Positions 1 to 13,601 of a DNA stretch of 64,000 bases are shown here, piece by piece (the stretch's first letter is position 1; each line of letters begins with the position of its first letter). The DNA comes from Trichoplax adhaerens (lineage: Eukaryota; Animalia; Placozoa), in the NCBI RefSeq assembly GCF_000150275.1, contig NW_002060944.1:4220123-4284122 (forward strand), given 5' to 3'. The notes beneath the pieces were generated by a model, which saw only the letters and a list, made by a program, of their open reading frames with translations, did no database searches and was not told the origin of the DNA. The position numbers and the translations under genes are program-made.

Positions 1-1073
1 TCTTTGGATGTTTCTATTCTGTGCATGTTAATCAGGCGGCAAGCTATGATGTATCTTTATCAGTTCAGAATAGGGAAAAGAAAGTTATTCATGCGTTAGG
101 ATTGGTAATATACGTAGTGCATGGAGTCCAATCTATTCAAAATATTGTCATAAAAAATCTCAAACATATGTGAAAAATGATATCCTATGCTCGATTTTTT
201 ATTTACATTAGTTATTGCCAATTTGTAATGGAGATGAGTTTGGAAGAATTATTTCAACTTTGATGATTTTACTTGAAAAACGCATTGTCGTAGTCTCGAG
301 TGAAATAATGGAAAATGTCACAAACGCGAAAATTAAACAACGCTTAACATTATCGACTATCGTACGTCGTGTTTTTGATAAAGTCTTGCAGTTTTACCGT
401 GAGGAATTTGTCAGTAATTATTGCTTGGGTTATATTATAAAACTCTACGTGCAGTGGATGAAGGTTAGTACAGAGTACTTCATTTGTTTCGTGATGCAAT
501 ATGCTCGGCGCAATGACATCCTTTTTGCGTGGATATTGCATATGAATATAGTGTGATGATGAATATTTTTTTATTGTGTCTGTTGTGTGCATGCCTATGA
601 GACCATTTATGTGTCTTACGATGCTTTTACTACAATATTTTTATCAGAACCTTTGTGATGTACATTTGGACGAGTGCAACAGAGAAACTGATCAGGTTTG
701 ATTTATTATATTGTGGTTTAATTTGGTCTTGTACGTCAGATGTAGTTTATTGTCTTGATATTATATGCAGTCATTGTGATTTGTGAAATAAATCATAATT
801 TAATAGGTAGATCAAGTGAATATCATGCTTCAGTACCTATTTGACGACGTCGCGTCTATAACGATCTTACTTCCAGAGTGCTATCAAGAGCTAAGTTTAT
901 CGTTGCTTCTCGAAATTATTGCAGTGACTGAATTGCATTCAACTAAATTAGAAAACGGTAATTCCTTAGAATTTATTTACAGCGTTGTTAAGAAGATGCG
1001 TTTACATAGTGATCACGACAGCAACGTTATCAAACAAAGAGTCGTTTCTGCATTGGACAATATAAATTCTTGA
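1..1073 (+). CDS. GEMIN4: 3' part of a Gemin4-like protein (SMN complex); gene begins upstream of the window. Exons approx. <1-104, 212-463, 648-695, 807-1073
   Basis: In-frame GT-AG splicing gives ...HALGL|LLPICNGDEFGRIISTLMILLEKRIVVV...RLTLSTIVRRVF...IIKLYVQWMK|NLCD...|VDQVNIMLQYLFDDVASITILLPECYQELSLSLLLEII...*. The pattern P-x-C-xxx-E-xx-R...LLEK, L-x-LS-xxxx-R-x-F, KL......L-x-D resembles the recalled C-terminus of vertebrate Gemin4. Identity is low. Confidence 0.6.
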
Positions 1074-3796
1074 AGAAAAAATCCTACGGAGTAACTCCTG
1101 CTTTTACTGGATTGGATAAAAAATTATAGATTTATATTGAGATGAGAGTATAATTATATCATTTTTATTTCTAAAATTGAATACTTTGCCTGGAGTCATT
1201 TTGTGAGTTATGTGGAGAATTAGGTGATTGACTGAGAGTTTACTGCGAAGGAACAAATGAGATGGTTATAACTATGCAATACAGTAATTCGTATCAAAGG
1301 ATAGAGAAAGCCGATCTCATGAGTGTTGTACAAGGAATTCTTTGGAATCTTACTAACCTTTATTAAAGAGTATCACGCGTTGTAGACTGCAACGATTCAC
1401 GTGGACTACTCTGGGCGCTGTTTGTTTTGTAGGATGTACTCACGTGCGAGTACAAATAATTATTTCCATCTATAGTTGTAGCGCTTTCAAATAAGGTTTG
1501 ACAATTTTACCTTCAGCTTAACGATTCGATTAATTCATGGTTCAGTAATATTATTGGCTTCTATGGGCTACGACTTCGTAATCGTTATGTCCGATTTTAA
1601 TGATGTAAGAACTAAATGAAATATCATGAACGTCAAGTTGACAGTAATAATTTTATTAAACAAAGTCTACTTTAAATCAACAACCTTCAAACTTTAAATC
1701 AATGACATTATGAACGGTGTTGCATTGTAATATGTACATGTATACCCAATATGTTTAGAGTGTAACGCTATGTTAAACCTGTTCTTATTTTCTGTATTGC
1801 TATCCTTTTACTATAAAACAAGCAAAAAGTAATATTTGATGGTGCGTAGTTTTCTAAATCAACTTTGACATACTGCTGATCTCGATATCGCCCACGCAAA
1901 TCCAGATTTAAAAAATAAGTTTTTACACTTCTAATTGTTTACATCGAAGAGTTACAAAAAGTTTGTTTTCATCACAAATCGATATTGGCATATTGATTGA
2001 AGTAGCGTAAACCTTCTTCATATTCAGCTACTTTAGTAATGGTTTGTAAATCAATTTTATAATACAGGCAATGTCATCACTTTGTGAGAAGTGTAGTAAG
2101 TCTTTTTAATCGCTAGATAGCATGCGAATTGTCAATCTCTTGTTATAGCTATGATCAAAATAGGATTGTTACCATACTATAGTCTATGTTGGTCAATCGT
2201 TATTCCTGAGAACTTTTATAGTGAGACATTTGTCGATAGCTCAAGGATTCGAATGTGGAGCTATAGAAAATACTATGGAATACCACAAATTAACATCAGT
2301 ACTACTGTATGATTATGATGCATTAATATTAGAATGATACAATTTAATATGAATAGAGTGACTTTTAATTTTTCACGATGCGGGTAATGTACTGTAGATC
2401 TGCGTGAATGGAAAGGAGTAGAACGTATGTATCTATTTGTATACGTATGGTTTAGAGAGTGATGTTGTTGCAGCTTTTCTATCACGCCCTTAATAAAAGG
2501 CGTAAAATCGGAAGATAAACACCTTGCTTAAAATCAAATTATTATCCACCTAATAGTTCTATTTAACGATACTGTACTGTAGGTGAAATTTCAGTCTTGA
2601 ATGCATGCATTGATAGTACTTGATACTTTGGATTAGGAGAAGTATAAGAAGTCTTGTATGGTACTGCATGCTACTCGCGTACTTTCGTCAAGTTATCGCT
2701 CAACTGTGGTCGGCCTTTGCTGTATCGAGCTGAATGCATTCCGATATTGTATATCATTATGCTAGTATATACCTCTGCATCCCTCAATTATTCTGTTTTA
2801 TTATTAATGGCGTTGATAGCAGGTTAACTGGAAGCTATTGCAGAGTGAGAGTGATAGCAAAGGAAATGCGATACCCATGGACTACAGATGACCCTGCTAC
2901 TGTACTCTCGCTCTTTAGTGCCTACGTTGCTTATACCATGGATTCCCAAGATCTAGTGATTGTATCTGTTGGAAATTTACACATAGCTACTAGTAAGATT
3001 ACTGTATACTATCAATGCAAGTCGTCCATGGCGTTTTTGATCATTCTTGGTGCAGCACTGCAGATCGCTGATTGATTCAAAGCTACTGTGCTGTGCACGA
3101 CAGTATCTCGAGGCAGAGAAATGGAAAGCCGATACCAAAAGACTACAGACGACTATCATAGCGTACTTTGAATGCAGGTAAATTCATCACCAATGGATTG
3201 AAAATGATATACTGTACGCTGTTATTCGTAGCATAAAATAGGGCATTTTATTACTATTCGTGTGCACCATAAGCAAGAGAAGGCACGGAGAAATGGAAGC
3301 TCCATGCCATCATGATCAGGCGCAAGCCATGATTAGATACGATCCAATGGAGTCGGAATGCGGAAGGAAGGACGATTGGCTGACGGCTGACCACAAAATT
3401 GGCACGGTTGGATACGACGAGTGTAGTGTAGGAGTGCTGTCATGGAGTGGATATACGCACGCGCAAATGCATTGTTTACTGTGAAGTGCTACAGGGCTTT
3501 TGACACCCTACTCACTCCTACTGGAAGCCTACAGTCTACAGTATGTTTTGGGCTAGAATCCTTTCTAAGAGTACTGTAGTAGGGTTAATACGCAAACAAT
3601 CGATTGTGTATTAGGGATGTGTATCATACACCCATGATCCATAAGAGTATTGTATGACGCAACGCTTGAAATGCCCAACATGCGTCAAGCGTTGAACGCG
3701 TCAATTGCCACAGACAATTCACTCACTCGACTGACCCTATTGTGATTGACTGGTGTCACTGTCGCTCAGATGCCTTCTACCTAATCCACCGCAATC

Positions 3797-6700
3797 ATGG
3801 CCGATCAAAGAGCCTTAAAATTAGCCAATGCAAAACGCAAAGTAAGTTATACAATTTCAATTTATTATGATATTATACAATCTCCTTGATGACTAGAGTA
3901 GAGTATCCTATATTATGGAATAAGTTGTTGCTGTACATGGATAGACCATCAATTATGACCGTCCCAATGATCCTAATGGTCATGAGTGGGATAGTGACAG
4001 TGTGGTGCACGCCATGACAACATGGAGAGCAACGAACTGCACAAGTGCATAGACTATTCCACTGTATCCAATGGATAGTTTGTTTGACATACAGAATAAA
4101 TTAACAGCGAGACAGTGAAGAAAGTAGCATGGACTCTTTTCCATTGGTCCATGTCGAAATCAATAGTACTGTGGTAGTGGAAGAAGTCCCCCACTGTTTG
4201 TATCCAACGAGTACATAAGTCTTTCTTCATCAGGGACGCAATGACAGAATACGTCGATGATAAGCCGTAGGCTAGGTGGAACAATTCCATTCTCTTACGT
4301 TGTAGATATTCATATCCAGCTCATCGTATTACATATAGGCTACGTTATTCATAGGATAGTTTAGGTTGTCATCATAATCGGTCATGGTAAGCAATACACG
4401 ATGATAGATGGATGTTGATGCTAATACACTCTTTACATCACCCATTATAGTAACTACTCATCATACTGTGATAGCAAAGGCACCAAAATCAACTGTTTAC
4501 TGCCATCTAGTACAGTATAGGTAGATTTATATTTCAATTCTTCATCTCTTATGACTAGAATAGGATTAAAATTACACATTACTGGTAAAATGAATACATG
4601 ACTTCTTGTATTCTGTGCCTTCTAGTCAATGTTATCGATAGATGAATCTACTGCAATTCCCACAAACTTAAAACTAAAAGACAACACTCCAATCATTTTG
4701 ATAGTAATATGATAGTAATTATGAATTAATTTATTCTTACACTTATCCAGTGTATATATATATATATAGTAAATACAAGGAGGGAAAACACTGGGGTAAG
4801 AAATACTAGAGTCAACTTTCCTCTTCTCTCGTGTTTCTATTACAATCCCTTTTATATCATCTGCGTTGCGCTACTGTCGATTTTAAAGTTACAATATACT
4901 CGTATACTCGTGCCTTAATTCGAACGTATTCTGTACAAGGAGGGAAAGCACCGCGTTAAGAAATACGAGAGTCAACTTTCCTCTTCTCTCGTGTTTCTAT
5001 TAGAATATCTTTCATATCATCTGCGTTATGCTGCTGTAGATTATAAAGTTTCAATATATGCTTGTACCCATACCTTAATGCTAACGTATTCTGCACACCA
5101 CGTACATGGAACGTCCTATTTGGGATAGAACGGTACGTTAGATGCATAGTTTAGAAAAAAGTTGGTCATCAAATCGAGTACAGAAAATGCAGCAAGACAG
5201 AAGCCTGCTATAGGAACAGCAGGTTATTGTATGATCAGGAACAAATATCACGTTTATTGAAAAAGTCCAATGCTGAGTCTGTATATTGTATGCACATGCT
5301 GTCTACGAATACAATTGTACTTACAGATATATTGATCGAGAACTACCTACCATTCCTGAAGTAGACGGACCATTTTGTACAGTATTTCGAAATGAAGGTC
5401 CTATTTGTAATTTCTCTCCAGTAGAACTGTAGTGCTACTACTTAAAAAGATCACTTCTATTACACTAGACTTGATCGCTTGAATACAATGAAATAGTAGG
5501 CGCAAAAAGTGCAAGCTTAACTGACAATACCTTATACCTTTAAAGGATGTAACAGTATCCTGTGTGATTTTAGAATCCAAAAATCTACATAGTGTAACTC
5601 TACTAAAATATAGTATCTACTTCAATGTATATAGTAGTTAACAGATGGAGACATGTACTTATAGATAACTGAATTTTTTGGTTCTCGTCGGTATTCCAAG
5701 TGTGAATAAGAAATAAAAAGTGTATCGAAGTTCGCACAGCAAAATTGACGGTAGTCAGTGTTGAGTGGGTTTCTGTATCATAATGTAAGAAAAGCTGCAT
5801 TGAAAAAGTATCAGGATGGATAGTACTTACTGTAACTTGTAAAAGTTAAGGCTCTTCATGGTGGAATGACTAAATCATAAAAAATTCTTCCTAGTTTAAA
5901 CATTGCGTTTGTAATAATAACATAATCGTTTGAATGTCGTATAGATAGGTATAATTTATTGTTGCATTACATAGTAATATCGTGCACTATTGCTCTATTA
6001 CTTTAAAATTGCAACATCTCTACTAAAGTTATGTTGCATAATGCACACCAACAGTGTAGAGAATCATCTGAATTGAAGTATTGTTAGCGGTTACTGAACA
6101 GTTATATCACCATCTAACTTTCTTCCTCTGTAAAGTATACCCTGCAGTTCTTTAATTATAGAAGGATCAAATATAATGTAATAGTTAATTATACTAGTGT
6201 TATAGCTATATATATATATCTTGCTGTTGGATGTACTACTTTAATTATGAAATTATAAAGTTCCTCAATCTTAATACAATTACTCGTCTATTATTTTATC
6301 TAGCTAAAAAAATTCCAGAAGCGGCAATTAGATGACAGTGGTACTATACCATCGACGGAAAGCAATGATAACAGTCTTAATCAACTCAACGTATCTTCTA
6401 ACAATGAGACAAATGTGGTAAATTCAAAATAGCGTTGCTAACTGGATGCTGCAAAATCATGTCATAGATGCCATGTTATCTTAGCTACACTTTCATCTAC
6501 GATTTGCCTTCTGGCATATTGGCATATTCATGCCAGTTATCTCTATCTCATAATACATATTGTATTCGAAAATACAATATCGGGTGTAGATCATTAACCT
6601 ATTTTGAAATGATGTATTTTTGAATGATATTAAGGAAACTCCCACGGCTAAGAACACAGTGCAATCACCACTACAACGTATATCTAGGTATGCTTCCATA

Positions 6701-9700
6701 GATTATTCTCAATTTACGACATTGATTAGTATTCAGCTCCGATACGGGATAGTTAACTTCTTCAGTAGAATTTTACAAAGGAAAGTGCTTAATACCAACC
6801 TTGGTCGTATTCGAAATCTACATTCTCGAATAAAAAATAACCTTTGTCTACTTAATTTACCTTAGCCGCGGTCATAATTTGTCAAATAGCTTCAATTCCT
6901 CCGTGGTAAGATGATTGACTTGTAATTTTAACCTAACTATATCATAAATATTGATTACATTGGTTGCAATTTAATAATTCCTTTATTGGATGCAAGTTCT
7001 TAAAATTAATTGTGCTCCTATATCTATTTATTTAATGATATTATAATTTATCATTTTTATACGTTGGGATGGTTTAATAAAATTGTATTAATACCTGCAA
7101 TTAATTTTTATTAATGACAGGATGGGAGCATAGTCATTAATGGGCAGGAAAATACTGCTTCTATGGACAACACGGTGAATAAGCTATAGATAGGTTTTAA
7201 AATTGTACAGTCATTATATCAGATTACCTCATGCATTTATTTGGCCTTTCAAAATTACTAGACTTCTAACTGAAGTTGGTTTCACATTTTATACGCTTAC
7301 TGTACCAGTAGTGTTACTTTCTTGTAGTTATTAAAATAGCATTTATGCATTTATACAATTACTCTGTTTTTCGTGACCTTTTTTTCGAAACATTTTTTGT
7401 AGTCAAAGATAGAACGGTAAATCATGATCTGCTAATTATTTTACTCTAAGAAAACTTTATTAAATAGTGATTCTTATATTCGTATTTGCTATTCGAACAA
7501 TTCATTTATGGTTAACTTTTTTGTTCGGTTTATTTTCAGGATAATGAAATTGAAAAATTAAAAAGCGAATTAGAAGAAGTATGACGTAAAATGATACAAT
7601 TGCGAATCTGTGAAGAATGGAATAGTTGTTAAAATAATTTCATTTAACATGCTTATACTTACCTCATTCTAACAGCAACGCTCAAGCTTTTTACAACAAA
7701 GGAGAAAGGAGCAAGAATCTTTAAATGACCAATTACAAGTATTACTTACGACTTCATATTTACTTATTACATCAATATATCGGGCTACATTTATTTATTC
7801 TTTTTCTACCACTAAAAAGGTACACGTTCAAACTATCGGGATTTTAGTAGCCGAAAAATCGGAATTACAGAATCAGCTTACTCGCACGCAAAAAAGTTTG
7901 GACTTAGTCAGTCGTATGTATTACCTTTGTGCTAATAAAGTGATCAGTAGTTGATCTAGGTTAAATTGGCTATCTAGGGCTAATATTAATCCATCCTTTA
8001 TCGATCTATACAAACATAATTTTTTTATTTGCTAATAAATTAACAGGCGATAAAGAGACTTTACATAACAAGTTACTAGAACATAAGAACAAAATGTCAG
8101 AGTTGGAGAGAAATCTAGTTGCAAGTTCTGAAGCTAACGGGGTTTGCTATTACATTATACCAATCATAAAATTTACGAATTTTATGAAAGTGAGGCATAT
8201 ATGACTTATAATATTATTGTATAAAATATATCACAGAACTTAAATGATATTATGCAAGATCGAAAGCAATTAAAGTTAATGGTGGATTCTTTACGGTAAC
8301 TTTACATTTACAGGTAAATGTTGCTTTGAAAATATTTATATCAAAAATGTGATTGTTTTTAGACAAAATACCGATGACTTATCAGATCAAATCAATGAAC
8401 TGAAGGGAAAATTGCAAACTCAAGTACGTAGGACGTAATCTATCGATTTGCTGTAAATTAGGTTGTCTTCACGAATACGCACATTGGTAAACCTAATTCT
8501 AAATTATAAGAGAATTGTCTCTACTATTAGGTACAAGAGTCTGCAAATTTACGAAAGGTCAACTCTGAACTGAACTCGAAGCTAGAATTGTCGGAAGTGA
8601 TCGTTAATCAGTTATCAACTAATTCGGATGTAGCAAATATGCAGCAAGTTATTCAAAAATTGAATGAAGAAAAAAGGGAAATGCAGGCTAGATTAACTCA
8701 GGTGAAGCTTTGTATCTAGTCTGTCAACCACTTAATAAACTTTGGCAACGTGTTGAGAACACGAATTGCCAATGCATTTAATACATACTTACAGAAATTA
8801 TTTCCTTTATCTATCGTTTTCTAGATGATGAGTAAATTACATCGTCTTACTGCAGAAAAAGAGGCTGTCATTCAACAACAATCAGATATCACAATGCAAA
8901 GTGAGCAATACCTTCATCACTTAGAAAAAGAGCTAGAAGATGTAAAAGTGGAAAGAGACAGTCTAATTACGGAAAATCATCAACGTCAAGCTACCATAGA
9001 TCAACTTACTCATAGCTTGGGTATGTTAAATCGGTTTTCATACTTGCCACCCCAAAACGGTTATAAATATTTTCACACTAAATTTTATTTCAGAGAATCG
9101 ACAAGATAGTCAGAACAAAGAGGTGAACCTTCAATTAGCTGAAAAATTTGGTAGGATAACTGAAGAAAAAGGCGAACTGGAGCAAAGTCATAAGGAATTG
9201 GTTTGTAGCTTCTTAGATTCATTTGATTTTATAGATGCCGCGAAACTAATTCTTCAACAATCTGTAAATTGTGCAGACTAGTAAACATATCGAATTAAAA
9301 AGGTTAGAAGAAACTTTTCATAACAAGGATTCGATTAGTGGTATGATTATATGATTCGAAGGACATGCTAAAAATTATTTCTTTGATACTTTGAAATACA
9401 GACTTTACATGGAGAAAGTGAGCTACCTCGGTGAGTTGGAAAGTGAGGTTAGTATTTTGCAAGATGAAAGTGTGGATAGGGAAAAATTACTAGAAACTTT
9501 ACAAAGCGATCAGGAAACTATCAGTCGGTAAGTGATTATTGCCGTTTATTGAAAGTACAGTATACCCGTATTATAGGGATACAGTTGGTAGTAATATATC
9601 TGGTATTTATTTTTATTTAAGAGCTTTGACTCAGAATAAAGATCTTAAGAATCGATTAGCCGAATTACAAGAAAAATTCGTCATAATGGTAACTTATATC

Positions 9701-12220
9701 GCTATTATTAATTGAAAAGTTAAGGATGCACGCACGTTTAACAATGGATGTAAATCTGGTTTATATTATTTACAATTATAGAGTAACGAAAACATGGAAC
9801 TCAATACAAAACTAGAATCATTTACCTATACAGCAAAAGAATCCACTGATAAAGTTCATGAAAAAGAAGTACAATTACGTCAAACTATTAAGCAGGTTTG
9901 CCTCTATATTCTACTGCGTGGTAGCTATTGCTAAGATACAATGTATTGTAGGATGTCGTGAAACTTTGTAACATGTAAATTTCAATGCTTTACTAAAGTT
10001 AACGGATAGAGAGCAGCAGCTGGATTTGATAAATTCCGCAAATGACAGTTTAATTAGCCAATTAAGTGATCAGGTATATTATTATAACGTTATCTTACTG
10101 CATTTTATCGTACTAATGGAGTATTTGTAATATAAGACATTTTGTTAGTATCAATAGTATTATATTACAATTAAATAGCAAGTTAACTACAATTATTTAT
10201 TTCGTAGAAAAATATTTACAATCAGCTTTCGAGTAATTTTGAAAAGCAAACAAAAGAGCTCGAGGAATTAAATTTAAAAATAAAAAGCCAAGAATCTGAG
10301 CTTCTAGTAACAAGAGAGAAGGTTAAGAAAAATTTTGCTGCTCAATATATTTTACACAATAGCTAATCATTGATATCTTCTTAAATTATTTTATAGCTGT
10401 CAGAGGTATCTTATCAACTAAATCAATCCGTGCGTCAAAATTCAAATTTGTCAGAATATGTAAATCAGCAGGTAAAAATTACAGCTTAAGATGTTCTATA
10501 CATGTTATTGAATAACGCTATGGACTTATAATAGAATCAAGATAACGATAGGATGAGATCGGAGTTGCAATCCGTAAAGGACACAAACTCATCTATATCA
10601 CGAGAATTGCAAGTTGCTCAGGTAAATTGTACCTGCTTTTATACATGCTTGTTTCATTTTCGTCTTGTTTCTAACACCTACACGTAATCATAATAAAATT
10701 TAGGAGAAGGCCTCGTTGCTTGATATGGCATCAGGAAGAAATCAGTATAATACTGGTACGATAGAACGAAAATTCTTAATAATGCTACTTGAGTAAAGGA
10801 AGTCAATATGCATTACTAAAATTGCTTGTACATGTAACTGATCTTCATAGAAAATGTTGGTAATATTGAAAAGGATAGCAATGTTATGGTAAGATTAAAA
10901 TAAGGTCTAGTAAGTGTAGATGGTACTATGAATGACCAGGAACGATATATTTTTGCCTATATGTTGAATTTAGCTTGAGCTCCTATCAGCTTCGGTTAGA
11001 CAGTTGGAACTGGAAAGAGATCAATTGATTCAGCAAGTAAAGGAAGAAATTGATGCAAAGGAAAAATTAACTAAACAACTTACAGAACATGGAAATTTAG
11101 TTAATCAACTAAGTGTTGACGTCACTGCTAATAATGGTAAATACTGATTCAATTTCTGCTTTTAAATTTGGCATGACGATAATTATGTTTTTATAATATA
11201 TAAAAGCTGATAATACAGATAGCGAGTCAACTGAAAAATTTCGTATATTACAAGATGCTATGGAGAAACTACAGGTAAATATTAATAGATTTTTATTAAC
11301 CATTATCTTTATCATAACATCATAGTAATAGAATTTGTATGTTTTTTTCTTGTCATAGGCACGATTTGTAACCGTTATGGAAGAAAATGCTTCACTTAGT
11401 GAAAAAGTTTATGAATTGGATCATCTTAACGTACAATTATCCAACGAAACAGATACGATAGGTATGGTATATTTACATTGCGTTGCCACTTTTATAGCGG
11501 ATGGCTATTAGTAATTAGTATGTATCAGTTGTTAAATTTATTTTTGAAATCGAAATCATGATATTGATGGATAGATTTTAATTTTTTATATTTGTACAGG
11601 AGAGTATATAGCCTTATATCATAAGCAGAGAGATGCACTGAGAACTCGTTACGACGAAAAAGAGAGGTTAATTGCACAGCTAACCGAACAAAGGCAAGAT
11701 ATGCAGGTAAAGATTGCGTAAATTCTGTAATGTTAAAATGCGGGTACAAGTATAGTTTTCCTACTCTAGAATAATGATAATAATAATATTCTTCCATTAG
11801 GAAAAAACTCAGCAACTACAGAAATTGATTTTACAATTGGTTCATGAGAAGCAACAACTGCAATTGCAGGTTACTAACTTAACAGGGGATTCAAGTCAGA
11901 ATGCAAGTTTGAACTTTCAGAATCCTACTGCATTTACAGCTGAGAGTACGGCTTTGAAATCTGCTTCAGAAGTAGCAAATAATACGTTACCTAACGATAG
12001 CAATCTATTATCGACGAAGGATAATTTAGAGTCTTATTCAGTTAATGATGAAACTGCGAAAGAAATTGTACAATTATTGCAGGAAGTTGAAGCTACATCA
12101 CAAACTGCTAGTTTTATAACAAAGGAGATCGAATCTGGGATAGTAAATGGACCAAGAGTAACGGATACCCAAATATTAATACCATGCGCTTTTTGTGTTG
12201 GTAGATTGCAAGAAATTTAA
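3797..12220 (+). CDS. GOLGA2: Golgin subfamily A member 2 (GM130), multi-exon coiled-coil protein (about 25 exons)
   Basis: Exon 1 (3797-3841) joined to exon 2 (from 6304) gives MADQRALKLANAKRK|LKKFQKRQ, the basic p115-binding N-terminus. Internal motifs: QVHVQTIGILVAEKSELQ, TISRALTQNKDLKNRLAELQEKFV, QLSNETDTIGEYIALY. The C-terminus CAFCVGRLQEI* is the invertebrate-type GRASP-binding tail. Confidence 0.93.
4774..5093. repeat. Diverged 160-bp tandem duplication in GOLGA2 intron 1
   Basis: tacaaggagggaaa...gagtcaactttcctcttctctcgtgtttctatta...aacgtattctg starts at 4774 and again at 4934. Confidence 0.92.
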
Positions 12221-13601
12221 GGATAATTTCATAAAAATCATGTACAGTATAATCGCGATTGATTTCATTTGGACAAAAATTACGAAAACTCTGTATTACT
12301 ATTTATATAATGTTAATAATTATAAGAAAGAAATGGAAAAGAATTATCTAAATTCCGAATTTTTTATGCATTTTAAAATTGTTTATATATCATTTATAGC
12401 TATGGGAATTATGTATCTACGAATAGCGATCGTAAATTCTGTCATACATTTTTATACACTTTATTAAATCTCTATTTCACTATGACTGCAGTTGTTTTCT
12501 TTACTGCATTAGATTGCGTCATTGATACTGATATATTATTTATTTTTTAGTCAAGACTATTGAATTTTCTTCCTTACTGAAATGATTATTTGCAGTTATC
12601 AATTCTGTCTTTAAATTAGTGATTATTGTGATAAATCATGAATGAATATTTTGTAATGATACTTATATGTGTTATAAATTGCTGGTTATTGTACTGTATG
12701 TGTTATATATATATATATATACAAAGCTATACACCTTAAATGTAGCAGTTTGTACTTAACTATCTGATCTTTGCGGAAATGAGTATTAATTTGTATCATA
12801 TTGATTTGTAAATATTGAAATGATTTTCATTAACGAATGATAACCGACGGAAATTTCTTAAACATTAATAATCTCCAGTGGCTTTAAACTCCAGCATATG
12901 AACTTGACATATATGGTGTTATGTCAGTGGCTTATGATTACTTTATTGCCTAATATGCAATGTCGGTACTCTGATATTTACACTTTAAATGAGCAGCAAT
13001 AAAGTTATACCAACAACATACACGACCCTAATAATTTCATGCTGGGTTCTATTAATTATATATCTCATTGAATTGAACTATCGAAGGCAACACCACAAAT
13101 TTCGCTAGGTATAGGTTTAGAAGTTGTATACATATATTTTATTTAAATGTCATTTGATGGATATCCACAGATGACTCTCGCTACGCTATATCTCATATGA
13201 TATTACTCCCATTTTTTTTCAATATTGATTTACAAATTGATTTTCTACTACCATGATTTAGAGCCTATTCAGGTGGAGCGTTATTAATGTAACGACCAAT
13301 GGGATTACGCACCAGGGATTTATGATCGAATCCTGGTTGGATGATATGTTGATATGATACTCTTAATATTATTGGTAAAAGCAAAATTGTAATATAAGGT
13401 TAAGTTAAGGTGATGCATCGGTCTTCACCTTAACTTATGTGAGTAACGATGCTAGATAACAGCACATTAATCATGGCAATAATATTAATGTTAACAAGTT
13501 ATTAGTAAGCTGTTAGGACATAAAGGCTTACTTGTGAAATTGACTTTAAAAATTATATTAGATATTACTAACATTCAAGGTAATAATGATATGATATTCA
13601 A

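Noticed and set aside
2273-3484. Several 60-113 aa ORFs upstream of GOLGA2
   Set aside because: No recognisable domain and no consistent spliced model.
13270-13345. tRNA-like B-box (GATCGAATCC) within a small hairpin
   Set aside because: No cloverleaf, A-box or acceptor stem could be built.
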